Source: Macrostomum lignano (Eukaryota). From it: a DNA stretch of 64,000 bases. Of this stretch, positions 37,001-48,900 are shown in pieces. The stretch is from NCBI GenBank assembly GCA_002269645.1, contig NIVC01003307.1, positions 1 to 64,000 of the forward strand. Direction: 5' to 3'. A program made the translations under genes and the position numbers. How positions within the stretch are numbered: the first letter of the stretch is position 1; each line of letters begins with the position of its first letter. The notes beneath the pieces are model-generated. The model did no database searches. It was not told where the DNA came from and saw only the letters and a program-made list of their open reading frames with translations.

Positions 37001-37613
37001 CTGTCACAAAACGGTTTATTTCCACCCGGTCTCCATGGCAAAAAACACACCCATTCTCCAGGTGAAGAAGCTCGGCCTATCCCGGAGCATCCTGGACTCG
37101 GCCTCTGGCGCCGCGTCCGCTTTGATTAGCGGAGCCAACGGCTCCAAGAAGTCGTCGACGCCCCGATTCACTCGGCAAGAGCTGGCCGAGTTGTTCACCT
37201 TTGTCGGCGACACCGACTGCCTCGCTCACGACTGTCTCAACTGCCGTTGCCTCGGAAGCGGTGGGGGCGACGACGAACAGCCGGCAGCTCCGCCGCAGCA
37301 GCCCCCGCCTGCGCCGGCGGCCGTTCGCCGATGCCAGCTGGGCTACAATTTTGCTGACAGCGAAACCGCGTCGACGCTTCTGGAATCAACGACTGATCGG
37401 CGACAGCGCGGCGGCGGCGGTGGCGGACCTGTCGGCAGCGGCGGTCTGGCTCTGCTGTCCGACTGGCATCACGTGTCTGCGGCGGCGGCTGCTGCTTCCG
37501 GCAGCGACTTTGCAGGTTTCGGCGGCTTCGAACAGACTTTGATGGCAGCTGGCGACTCGGTCAGCTTCGTGATGTGGCACGAGGTTGGCGGCTGGGAGGC
37601 TGCGAGTGACTGA
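28018..37613 (+). CDS. RAD54B: DNA repair and recombination protein RAD54B (SNF2 family); exons 28018-28257, 28938-29152, 29482-29881, 31640-31977, 32586-32867, 34774-35056, 35505-36086, 37062-37613
   Basis: RAD54B-type N-terminus MRRSGAPSQ and KKHK|VWEGDG; helicase motifs LADAMGLGKT, DEGHRLKN, TGTPVQNDL, STKAGGVGLNL, WNPANDAQATARIWREGQ. Splice phases are consistent (0,2,0,2,2,0,0); the exon 5 donor (GTTCGT) is the least certain. Confidence 0.9.
28300..28915. repeat. 17-bp minisatellite in RAD54B intron 1
   Basis: Unit CTCAAGCCTCCCTAATY. Confidence 0.96.
29167..29455. repeat. 16-bp minisatellite in RAD54B intron 2
   Basis: Unit TCCGAYCATTCTCATG. Confidence 0.96.
30640..30950. repeat. 12-bp GA-rich array in RAD54B intron 3
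   Basis: Unit GAGAGGAGATGA. Confidence 0.93.
31010..31074 (-). mobile_element. hAT (Charlie/MER58-like) transposon terminus
   Basis: Minus strand CAGGGGTCGGCAAACTCCGGACCGCGGGCCACATGCGGCCCGC resembles hAT-Charlie ends; partner end and 8-bp TSD not found. Confidence 0.5.
32270..32525. repeat. Degenerate tandem repeats in RAD54B intron 4
   Basis: Recurring CTCAGC..A.GAGAG(A)GCAGTA...GAGGTC.AAGTCAG.CGGACG.AA blocks. Confidence 0.75.
33170..34430. repeat. 12-bp minisatellite in RAD54B intron 5
   Basis: Unit A(A/G)CCCCATCCTC. Confidence 0.98.
35145..35400. repeat. 20-bp minisatellite in RAD54B intron 6
   Basis: Unit GATCCCATYCTCACCTAGRA. Confidence 0.92.
36140..37005. repeat. 35-41-bp variant minisatellite in RAD54B intron 7
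   Basis: Unit GTCAGTAGTCTGTCACTCTGTCAGGTATCCTGACACT and variants. Confidence 0.95.
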
Positions 37614-37644
37614 TTGAAGCTGGACAGTGTCTCCGCTCAGTGTC

Positions 37645-38375
37645 TGAGAATCTGCCTCTCCGCTCCATCATTCCTTGAGAATCTGCCTCTCCGCTCCATC
37701 AGTCCTTGAGAATCTGCCTCTCCGCTCCATCAGTCCTTGAGAATCTGCCTCTCCGCTCCATCATTTATTGAGAATCTGCCTCTCCGCTCCATCATTTCTT
37801 GAGAATCTGCCTCTCCGCTCCATCATTTATTGAGAATCTGCCTCTCCGCTCCATCATTTATTGAGAATCTGCCTCTCCGCTCCATCATTTCTTGAGAATC
37901 TGCCTCTCCGCTCCATCATTCCTTGAGAATCTGCCTCTCCGCTCCATCATTTCTTGAGAATCTGCCTCTCCGCTCCATCATTTATTGAGAATCTGCCTCT
38001 CCGCTCCATCATTTCTTGAGAATCTGCCTCTCCGCTCCATCATTTCTTGAGAATCTGCCTCTCCGCTCCATCATTTCTTGAGAATCTGCCTCTCCGCTCC
38101 ATCAGTCCTTGAGAATCTGCCTCTCCGCTCCATCAGTCCTTGAGAATCTGCCTCTCCGCTCCATCAGTCCTTGAGAATCTGCCTCTCCGCTCCATCATTT
38201 CTTGAGAATCTGCCTCTCCGCTCCATCAGTCCTTGAGAATCTGCCTCTCCGCTCCATCAGTCCTTGAGAATCTGCCTCTCCGCTCCATCATTTCTTGAGA
38301 ATCTGCCTCTCCGCTCCATCAGTCCTTGAGAATCTGCCTCTCCGCTCCATCAGTCCTTGAGAATCTGCCTCTCCC
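37645..38375. repeat. 31-bp minisatellite starting about 30 nt after the RAD54B stop
   Basis: Unit TTGAGAATCTGCCTCTCCGCTCCATCAKTYC. Confidence 0.97.
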
Positions 38376-38984
38376 TCCAACAAACCAGTGATTTAATTTT
38401 CCAAACTTGATGCTTTGCTCTGTTTATGTACTCGTATCCCAATTTTCCTGGCATTTTTTGCTTTCAGAAGCAAGCCCTGCGTCAGTTAGAGTTTCTCCTC
38501 GGTCGATTTAGCTTGTCGATTATTAGTTTTTTTTTGCTTTGTCTTCTGCGAATAATTTGGCTAATTTTCTGCTTTCGCATTTCCCCCGATTATTTTTTCC
38601 TTCTAATTGCTCGACACAGGTGGGCAAATTGCTTCAGCAAATGCAATTTAGCAATTAGCAGGTGTTGTTGTTACTGCCAACTTGCCGGGCGAGTTTCTGC
38701 AACAAGTTTTATTGCTTTTCTGCCTTTTCTGAAAAAAATTTTTTATAATTCCTAAGGAAGTCAAATCTGCTCAACTCTTGCAAAAAGCTGCAAGTGCAAA
38801 AGTTTTCAAGCTTTTCCCCTCTTTGCTGGGCTTTTGAGCATTCGAAAAAGTCAAATAAAATCTTGCTTTTAACTTATTTTTTGACACGATTTTCAGTTGC
38901 CAATTTGGCTCAGTCTAATAATATCCTGCTCACTGTTTTGCTCCCTGGCTACCACCACTAACTTCATCTTCTTCTACTACTCTC

Positions 38985-39400
38985 CCCATTCTCCCAGCTC
39001 CACATTCTCCCCATTCCCCACCTCCACATTCTCCCCATTCTTCCATCTCCATATTCTCCCACCACGTTCTCCCCATTCTCCCTCCTCCACATTCTCCCCA
39101 TTCCCCACCTCCATATTCTCCTCATTCTCCCCATGCTCCCATCTCCCCATTCTCCCATCTTCCCATTCTCCCCATTCTCCATTCTCCCCATTCTCCATTC
39201 TCCCCATTCTCCCATCTTCCCATTCTCCCCATTCTCCCATCTTCCCATTCTCCCCATTCTCCCATCTTCCCATTCTCCCCATTCTCCCATCTTCCCATTC
39301 TCCCATCTTCCCATTCTCTCCATTCTCCCATTTCCCCATTCTCCCATTCTCCACATTCACCCACCTCCCCATTCTCCGCATTCTCCCATTTCCCCGTCTT
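38985..39400. repeat. Pyrimidine-rich 9/17-bp array upstream of the OXSM 5' acceptor
   Basis: Unit CCCCATTCTCCCATCTT and variants. Confidence 0.93.
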
Positions 39401-39440
39401 CCCCACTATCAAAATCCCAACCGCTCCCAAACGATTGCAG

Positions 39441-40076
39441 AGCGGCTGCCGTCGAGTTGTGATCACCGGCCTCGGGCTGGCCGCCCCAGTCGGCGCCGGC
39501 TGGCGCACAGTCTGGGCGCAAGTGCTTGCCGGCCGGCCAAATTTCGGTCGTCTGTCCGAGGCGGACGGCTACTCTGGACTGCCCTGCCGAGTGGCCGGCC
39601 TGATCCCCGAGCCCGAGCTGTCCGGCTGGCCGAGCTGGCAGTTTGACAAGCGAAACCGTGCCGAGATGTCCCGCGCCTCCGCTCTGGCGCTGGCAGCGGC
39701 GCGCGAGGCTGCCCAAGGCGCCGATTTGGCCGGGATGCGACGGCGCTCGCCGGACTCGCTGATCGGCGTGGCCATCGGCTGCGGCATGGACGGGCTGGAG
39801 ACGGCGGTGGACGCCGGCGTCGGGCTGCGCAGCGGACGCGGCTACGCGGAGGTCGGGCCGCACTTCCTCACCAAGCTGCTCAACAACATGCCGGCCGGCC
39901 GGGTGGCCATCGAGTTCGGCGCCACTGGGCCCTGTCTGGCGCCGAATTCCGCGTGCGCCAGCGGCGCCGACGCTATTGGCGCCGCGTTTCGACTGGTGCG
40001 CGACGGAATCGTGGATGCGGCCCTGTGCGGCGGCACCGAGGCCTGCATTGGCCCGCTTGCGGTGCGTGCGTGTCTG

Positions 40077-40143
<67 letters not shown>

Positions 40144-43100
40144 GTCTGTCTGTCTGTCCGTGCTCGCCAAGAACTCAGCATCCGTTATGTGCGTTGCCCA
40201 TCCCACCAGCCGATTAAATTTAATTCAAATCTCCCTCAGGTGGCGGCCTTCAGTCGCGTCCGCGCCCTGGCTACTCGCTTCAACGACAATCCGCTGGCAG
40301 CTTCGCGGCCTTTCGATGCCGACCGGTGCGGATTCGTCATGTCGGAGGGCGCCGGCGTGCTGGTGCTGGAGGCCCTGGACTCCGCGCTGGCCAGAGGCGC
40401 CCCGGCGCCAATCGCTGAAGTCCTTGGCTACGGCGCCGCCTGCGATGCGCATCATCTGACGGCGCCGAAGCTGGGCGGCGACAGCGGCGCCAGGCGCTGC
40501 ATGCTGGCCGCGCTTCGGGAAGCCGGCAACCACTCTGGTAGTTATTAGTGCCTTGTCTGCTTCTATCTTGTCTGCTTCCATCTTGCTTCCACCTGATCTG
40601 CTTCCACCTGATCTGCTTCCACCTGATCTGCTTCCACCTGATCTGCTTCCACCTGATCTGCTTCCACCTGATCTGCTTCCACCTGATCTGCTTCCACCTG
40701 ATCTGCTTCCACCTGATCTGCTTCCACCTGATCTGCTTCCACCTTGTCTGCTTCCATTTTCTCTGCTTGCACCTTGTCTGCTTCCATTTAGTCTGCTTCC
40801 ACCTGATCTGCTTCCATTTAGTCTGCTTCCACCTTGTCTGCTTCCACCTTGTCTGCTTCCATTTTGTCTGCTTGCACCTTGTCTGCTTCCATTTAGTCTG
40901 CTTCCACCTTGTCTGCTTCCACCTTGTCTGCTTCCACCTTGTCTGCTTCCACCTTGTCTGCTTCCACCTTGTCTGCTTCCACCTTGTCTGCTTCCACCTT
41001 GTCTGCTTCCACCTTGTCTGCTTCCACCTTGTCTGCTTCCACCTTGTCTGCTTCCACCTTGTCTGCTTCCACCTTGTCTGCTTCCACCTTGTCTGCTTCC
41101 ACCTTGTCTGTTCCCTCTGGTAAATAAAACAGATAACACCACAAGATAATTTGCGAATCTTGTCAGATTCACTACCGATTTCCTTGTTTGAGGTGCGAAA
41201 CTGGTGAAACCACCAGATTCGTCACCAGGTAATTTTAGTGTTATCTGATTTGTCTGTTATCTGGTGAGTTATCTGAATTTCACCAGATAACATGGCCCGA
41301 ATCTTGCTGAGTAATCAGATTACACGACAAGATTCGCCACCAGGTAATTTTTTGTTTTCTTGTTTGACTGTTATCTGGTGAGTTATCTGAAATTCGCAGG
41401 ATAACATGGCGCGAATCTTGTTTGAAAGACAGATAACAGTACAAGATTCGCCACCAGATAATTCTCTGTTATCTTGTTTGATTGAATCTTGTTTGAATCG
41501 GAATTTCACAGGATAACATGGCGCGAATCTTGTTTGAAAATCAGATAACAGTACAAGATTTAAATCGAGATAACTGTGTGTCATCTAGTCTGTAAGAAAC
41601 CTGTGTGAATCTGAAATTTACCGGATAACATGATGCGAATCTGGTTTGCAAACCAGATAATGGAAAATATTTCAATCAAGATGTGTTATCCGGTTTGTAA
41701 GACCCCGTTGTACTTTTCACCCAGAATTTTTTCCAGAATTTCGTGATCCAGACCCGATTTATTAATTGATTTCCAAGTGAAGGCCCGGATCAGCATTTTT
41801 GGCCCGGAATAGCCCCTTTTTCCGGAAATGTGATCCTGCAAAAGTTCGGGAAAAAGGAAAGCTGTTCCGGCTGCATTTTCCAAAATGAAATCAATCCTCG
41901 CTTCTGTTGTGGCTCAAGGCAGCTTTTATAAGCTGACCTGCGATGGATAATCAATCCTCGCTTCTGTTGTGGCTCAAGGCAGCTTTTATAAGCTGACCTG
42001 CGATGGATAATCAATCTTCGCTTCTAGTGTGGCTCAAGGCAGCTTTTATAAGCTGACCTGCGATGGAAATCAATCCTCGCTTCTAGTGTGGCTCAAGGCA
42101 GCTTTTATAAGCTGACCTGCGATGGATAATCAATCCTCGCTTCTAGTGTGGCTCAAGGCAGCTTTTATAAGCTGACCTGCGATGGAAATCAATCCTCGCT
42201 TCTGTTGTGGCTCAAGGCAGCTTTTATAAGCTGACCTGCGATGGATAATCAATCCTCGCTTCTGTTGTGGCTCAAGGCAGCTTTTATAAGCTGACCTGCG
42301 ATGGATAATCAATCCTCGCTTCTAGTGTGGCTCAAGGCAGCTTTTATAAGCTGACCTGCGATGGAAATCAATCCTCGCTTCTAGTGTGGCTCAAGGCAGC
42401 TTTTATAAGCTGACCTGCGATGGATAATCAATCCTCGCTTCTAGTGTGGCTCAAGGCAGCTTTTATAAGCTGACCTGCGATGGATAATCAATCCTCGCTT
42501 CTGTTGTGGCTCAAGGCAGCTGATGAGCTGACCTGCGAGGGGTAAAGTGCCATATATCAGCAAACGCTAGCGCTCGTAATGTGAGGCCGTGCCACAAACA
42601 AGATAACAAAAAGGATAACACGATGTTTCCCTGCAGGATTCGCATGAATTACCCGACTGTTACCTGGTCAACGAATCCTGTTTGCCAGACAGGATAACAA
42701 ACAAGATAACAAAAAGGATAACACGATGTTTCCCTGCAGGATTCGCATGAATTACCCGACTGTTACCTGGTCAACGAATCCTGTTTGCCAGACAGGATAA
42801 CAAACAAGATAACAAAAAGGATAACACGATGTTTCCCTGCAGGATTCGCATGAATTACCCGACTGTTACCTTAGTCAGCGAATCCTGTTTGCCAGACAGG
42901 ATAACAAACAAGATAACAAAAAGGATAACACGATGTTTCCCTGCAGGATTCGCATGAATTACCCGACTGTTACCTGGTCAACGAATCCTGTTTGCCAGAC
43001 AGGATAACAAACAAGATAACAAAAAGGATAACACGATGTTTCCCTGCAGGATTCGCATGAATTACCCGACTGTTACCTGGTCAACGAATCCTGTTTGCCA

Positions 43101-44062
43101 GACAGGATAACAAACAAGATAACAAACAGGATAACACGGTGTTTCCCTGCAGGATTCGCATGAATTACCCGACTGTTACCTGGTCAACGAATCCTGTTTG
43201 CCAGACAGGATAACAAACAAGATAACAAACAGGATAACACGGTGTTTCCCTGCAGGATTCGCATGAATTACCCGACTGTTATCTGGTCAGCAAATCCTTT
43301 TTGAATCTTGTTTGAAACAAGGAAACGTAAGATTTCGTCACGCAAACAAGATTCATACAAGATAACATTTTGCATAACCGGAATAGGGCATGTTATCTTG
43401 TTTGAGCGAATGTTATCTTGTGGTGTTATCTGGTTTATTTACCAGAGGGTTTCCACCTGATCTGCTTCCATTTAGTCTGCTTCCACCTTGTCTGCTTCCA
43501 CCTTGTCTGCTTCCACCTTGTCTGCTTCCACCTTGTCTGCTTCCACCTTGTCTGTTTCCACCTTGTCTGCTTCCACCTTGTCTGCTTCCACCTGATCTGC
43601 TTCCACCTTGTCTGCTTCCACCTTTTTTTTGCAGCAGCTTGGCAGCGGCCGCTCGCCCTCCAGGTTGGCCACGTGAACGCGCACGCCACTTCGACTCCGA
43701 TTGGCGACTCCGCCGAATGGCTGGCCATCGAGTCGCTGCTGAGCGGCGTTGACGCCTCCGTCATCCAGCCAGGCTGCCTGGTGGCTTCGTGCAAAGGCGC
43801 CCTCGGCCACCTGATCGGAGCTGCCGGCGCTGTGGAGGCCGCGCTGACTGCGCTGTCCTGCCAGACTGGCCGCGTGCCGCCCACGGCTAATCTGGCGCGG
43901 CCCGACCTGCCGACAGCGTCGGAGTCGCTCCGTCTGGTGCCCGACGGTCCGCCGGCGGATTGGCCGACTAATCCAGCGGACGGTCGGCGGGTTGCTCTGA
44001 GCAACAGCTTCGGGTTCGGTGGCGTCAACGCTTCGCTGTGTATTGCCAGTTACCTGCCCTGA
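39441..44062 (+). CDS. OXSM: 3-oxoacyl-ACP synthase (OXSM/FabF-type ketosynthase); exons 39441-40061, 40240-40537, 43635-44062; no genomic ATG at the 5' end
   Basis: RRVVITGLG, NSACASG (catalytic Cys), SRPFDADRCGFVMSEGAGVLVLE, NAHATST (His), KGALGHLIGAAG (His), SNSFGFGGVN. Intron phases 0 and 1. Confidence 0.92.
40070..40160. repeat. (GTCT)n microsatellite in OXSM intron 1
   Basis: Direct observation. Confidence 0.97.
40549..43622. repeat. 15-bp minisatellite in OXSM intron 2, split by a transposon into 40549-41112 and 43450-43622
   Basis: Unit CCTTGTCTGCTTCCA / CCTGATCTGCTTCCA on both sides of the insertion. Confidence 0.95.
41113..43449. mobile_element. Non-autonomous TIR transposon (CACTA/EnSpm-like) carrying internal 60-bp and 103-bp satellites
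   Basis: 37-bp TIR CCCTCTGGTAAATAAA(A/C)CAGATAACACCACAAGATAA; 2-bp TT duplication restores CTGTTTCCA; many subterminal AGATAAC motifs; 60-mer at 41890-42530 and 103-mer at 42595-43290; no transposase. Superfamily is inferred. Confidence 0.85.
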
Positions 44063-44149
44063 TTGTGCATTTGACAATTGAACCGGATTTCCATTCGCTG
44101 ATTTGCATTGCTTTTTGGCTCGGTTTTATAATGTGTATTAATCTGATTG

Positions 44150-44885
44150 CTCCTGTACAAGATGGGTTCCTTGTGTACAAGATGGGTTCCTTGTGTGCAA
44201 GATGGGTTCCTTGTGTACAAGATGGGTTCCTTGTGTACAAGATGGGTTCCTTGTGTACAAGATGGGTTCCTTGTGTGCAAGATGGGTTCCTTGTGTACAA
44301 GATGGGTTCCTTGTGTACAAGATGGGTTCCTTGTGTACAAGATGGGTTCCTTGTGTACAAGATGGGTTCCTTGTGTACAAGATGGGTTCCTTGTGTGCAA
44401 GATGGGTTCCTTGTGTACAAGATGGGTTCCTTGTGTGCAAGATGGGTTCCTTGTGTACAAGATGGGTTCCTTGTGTACAAGATGGATTCCTTGTGTACAA
44501 GATGGATTCCTTGTGTGCAAGATGGATTCCTTGTGTGCAAGATGGATTCCTTGTGTGCAAGATGGATTCCTTGTGTGCAAGATGGATTCCTTGTGTGCAA
44601 GATGGATTCCTTGTGTACAAGATGGGTTCCTTGTGTACAAGATGGGTTCCTTGTGTACAAGATGGATTCCTTGTGTACAAGATGGGTTCCTTGTGTACAA
44701 GATGGATTCCTTGTGTACAAGATGGATTCCTTGTGTACAAGATGGATTCCTTGTGTGCAAGATGGGTTCCTTGTGTACAAGATGGATTCCTTGTGTGCAA
44801 GATGGATTCCTTGTGTACAAGATGGATTCCTTGTGTACAAGATGGATTCCTTGTGTGCAAGATGGATTCCTTGTGTACAAGATGC
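44150..44885. repeat. 20-bp minisatellite downstream of the OXSM stop
   Basis: Unit ACAAGATGGRTTCCTTGTGT. Confidence 0.97.
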
Positions 44886-45979
44886 GATCATGCAGTCGTA
44901 CAAGATTGACTCCTTGTGTACAGGATTTGATTATGCTATTGTACAAGAGAAATTTCTTGTGTACACGATGCCATTTTGCCATTGTAAAAGATAAGATTAG
45001 TGCTCGTTTTGACGACCCTTCAGTTCAATGCGTTTTGTAAATCAATATAGATTCCGGTATGACAAAATTGACTTGAATTTTACAAGATTTGTGACAAACT
45101 GCAATATTGACTAAATTTATAGAGAACTACATCGATGTAAATTTGTACAAGCTTAATTACACACGCAGCTTGCAATGAACGTACATTAATTTGGCTGGGA
45201 GTAAATCATTTTGCAACAGTTGTCTTCACAGTGCATGCGTGTAAATAAATATGTACGCATTGAAAGCTTCCCGTTCAAGCAGGCGCATCATCTCCTATTC
45301 CACGTGCTGGTATTCGATTCCATGTAATGCGGCCGGCTAGCTAATATCCCAGCCTGACATAATACACTGGCCGAGACAGCGAGAGAGAGACACGAGAATC
45401 TCGGATTCTCAAGTTTCCAGCGGGTTGGAACTAAAAGAGAAAAGAGAGAGAGAGAGAGCCGATGGAGGGGGGCCCAGACTGACTGCCAGCCAGGCTCTTT
45501 TTCTTGCTTGACATTTGAGACGGCCTTTTTTCCTGTTCCAATGCGAGTTTATTCTCTTCCCCTACCGCCTCTTCCTCCTTCCCACCCCCCCCCCTATCGC
45601 CTTGCGCTCAGGAAGCCAGCTGTTGATCACAGGACTTTCCTGTGCGTCTGTGTGCGACGATTCATCTGCGGCCTTTATGCATATAGAATCTTGGCCTGAT
45701 TATCGATGTCATTTAAATGAAAACTTGAATCTTTCTTTCTTTTTGCTCGACCTAGGGCTTGTTTTTTGTTAGTCAAGATGGTGGAGACGTTAAATATCAG
45801 TCTATTATGTAAAGCCAGCTTGTGGATGCGAGCTGTGTACTCGTAGCTACCAACTGAATTAAAAGTTCGGAATTAAGATAGCAATTACCTTCGCAGACAT
45901 GTAAGATTGTTTTAAAAACATGCACTTGTACAATTATTTGCCAATCTGGAGTAAGATCGCAGGTTTTTTTCTATACTGG

Positions 45980-48900
45980 TCAATGTACACTAGCCAGTCC
46001 TTGGGGTGTTGGGCGGCTGGGGTAAGAGGTAATTGATTGGCTTCTGTGGCGTTTTAGAATTTTATATGCTTGCTAATGTACATTGGCCACTAGCCTGTCC
46101 TTGGGGTGTTGGGCGGCTGGGGTAAGAGATAATTGATTGGCTTCTGCGGTGTTTTAGAATTTTATATGCTTGCTAATGTACATTGGCCACTAGCCTGTCC
46201 TTGGGGTGTTGGGTGGCTGGAGTAAGAGATAATTGATTGGCTTCTGCGGTGTTTTAGAATTTTATATGCTTGCTAATGTACATTGGCCACTAGCCAGTCC
46301 TTGGGGTGTTGGGCGGCTGGGGTAAGAGATAATTGATTGGCTTCTGCGGCGTTTTAGAATTTTATATGCTTGCTAATGTACATTGGCCACTAGCCAGTCC
46401 TTGGGATGTTGGGCGGCTGGGGTAAGAGATAATTGATTGGCTTCTGCGGCGTTTTAGAATTTTATATGCTTGCTAATGTACATTGGCCACTAGCCTGTCC
46501 TTGGGGTGTTGGGTGGCTGGGGTAAGAGATAATTGATTGGCTTCTGCTGTGTTTTAGAATTTTATATGCTTATGTACATTTTATATGCTAATGTACATTG
46601 GCCACTAGCCTGTCCTTGGGGTGTTGGGCGGCTGGGGTAAGAGGTAATTGATTGGCTTCTGCAGCGTTTTAGAATTTTATATGCTTGCTAATGTACATTG
46701 GCCACTAGCCTGTCCTTGGGGTGTTGGGCGGCTGGGATAAGAGATAATTGATTGGCTTCTGCGGCGTTTTAGAATTTTATATGCTTGCTAATGTACATTG
46801 GCCACTAGCCAGTCCTTGGGGTGTTGGGCGGCTGGGGTAAGAGATAATTGATTGGCTTCTGCGGCGTTTTAGAATTTTATATGCTTGCTAATGTACATTG
46901 GCCACTAGCCTGTCCTTGGGGTGTTGGGTGGCTGGGGTAAGAGATAATTGATTGGCTTCTGCGGTGTTTTAGAATTTTATATGCTTATGTACATTTTATA
47001 TGCTAATGTACATTGGCCACTAGCCTGTCCTTGGGGTGTTGGGCGGCTGGGGTAAGAGATAATTGATTGGCTTCTGCGGCGTTTTAGAATTTTATATGCT
47101 TGCTAATGTACATTGGCCACTAGCCTGTCCTTGGGGTGTTGGGCGGCTGGGGTAAGAGATACATACATACATACATGTACACCGCCGCAAAAGAAAGCAA
47201 AAGGAAAAGGGGGCAGCACGGGACGGAAGAGCAAAAAAAAGGGGGAAAAGAAACGGAAATGTGAGAGCGTGGCGGCAGTGTCAGAGCACTCTCCTTCTGG
47301 CTTGCTCCCTGAAGGCAGCCGCAGCGTTGGTCTGGCCGATGACACCGGCGTCAGCCAGCAGGCAGTCCACGTACCGGCGCGTCCTGGCCTGCCTCGGCGC
47401 CAGGGGCCCCGCAGCGTGAGCAGCAGGACGTCCTGCACCGGTTCAGGGCAGTAGGTTTCGGCGCGGATCACGTGGCCCGCCAGCTGCAGCCGCCGCCGCC
47501 GGATGGTCTCGCTGGGTGGTCGCAGGCCGGCTCGTCGTAGAGGGCCGCGTTCGAGACCACCTCAGGGTAGGAGATGCCGAAGGCCGCGCGCAGCAGGCTG
47601 GAGTGGGCCGCGTCCAGCCGCTTCTCCAGCGTCTCGGTCAGCGTCCACGTCTCGGCGTTGTAAGTCAGGACGGTCTCGACCACCGCCTGAAACAGCCGAG
47701 ACCTCAGGCGATCTGGCAGCGCGGCGCTCTGCAGAACAACCCGGACTGAGCGGAAGGCCGCCCAAGCCAGGCCTCTGCGTCGCGCCAGGTCCTCCTGAAC
47801 GCTGGGCACCAGACCGCCGAGGTACGTGAAGCGCGTGCAGCGGGGTAGAGGGGCCGCGTGACCGTCTGCGCCGCGGCAGGTGATATTGGCAGGCAGCTCC
47901 GCTGGCACCGTCAGGACCTCCGTCTTGTCGGTGTTAACAACCAGGCCGACCGTAGCCGCTATCGCCACCAGGCTGTCCAGCATCCGCTGGGCTCCATCCG
48001 CCGTGGAGGCCAGCAGCGCCAGGTCGTCGGCATAGCCCAGCAGCGACAGTCTCTTCTCTGGATGGCGGCTGCTCGTGCGCCTGCACAGCATGAAGCCGTC
48101 GGCGTCGGATGGAAGCGCAGTCCGCAGCACCCAGTCGTAAGAGATAATTGATTGGCTTCTGCGGTGTTTTAGAATTTTATATGCTTGCTAATGTACATTG
48201 GCCACTAGCCTGTCCTTGGGGTGTTGGGCGGCTGGGGTAAGAGATAATTGATTGGCTTCTGCGGTGTTTTAGAATTTTATATGCTTGCTAATGTACATTG
48301 GCCACTAGCCTGTCCTTGGGGTGTTGGGCGGCTGGGGTAAGAGGTAATTGATTGGCTTCTGCGGTGTTTTAGAATTTTATATGCTTATGTACATTTTATA
48401 TGCTAATGTACATTGGCCACTAGCCTGTCCTTGGGGTGTTGGGCGGCTGGGGTAAGAGATAATTGATTGGCTTCTGTGGCGTTTTAGAATTTTATATGCT
48501 TGCTAATGTACATTGGCCACTAGCCTGTCCTTGGGGTGTTGGGCGGCTGGGGTAAGAGGTAATTGATTGGCTTCTGCGGTGTTTTAGAATTTTATATGCT
48601 TGCTAATGTACATTGGCCACTAGCCTGTCCTTGGGGTGTTGGGCGGCTGGGGTAAGAGATAATTGATTGGCTTCTGCGGCGTTTTAGAATTTTATATGCT
48701 TGCTAATGTACATTGGCCACTAGCCTGTCCTTGGGGTGTTGGGCGGCTGGGGTAAGAGGTAATTGATTGGCTTCTGCGGCGTTTTAGAATTTTATATGCT
48801 TGCTAATGTACATTGGCCACTAGCCTGTCCTTGGGGTGTTGGGCGGCTGGGGTAAGAGATAATTGATTCGCTTCTGCGGTGTTTTAGAATTTTATATGCT

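Noticed and set aside
40225-45040. Long repetitive ORFs (GGSRQ, LLPP, TRNPSCTQG; likewise poly-T/L/S at 10.5 kb, GLRM at 33.5 kb, TDRQ at 55.4 kb)
   Set aside because: Translations of tandem arrays in introns or intergenic DNA, open in several frames on both strands.
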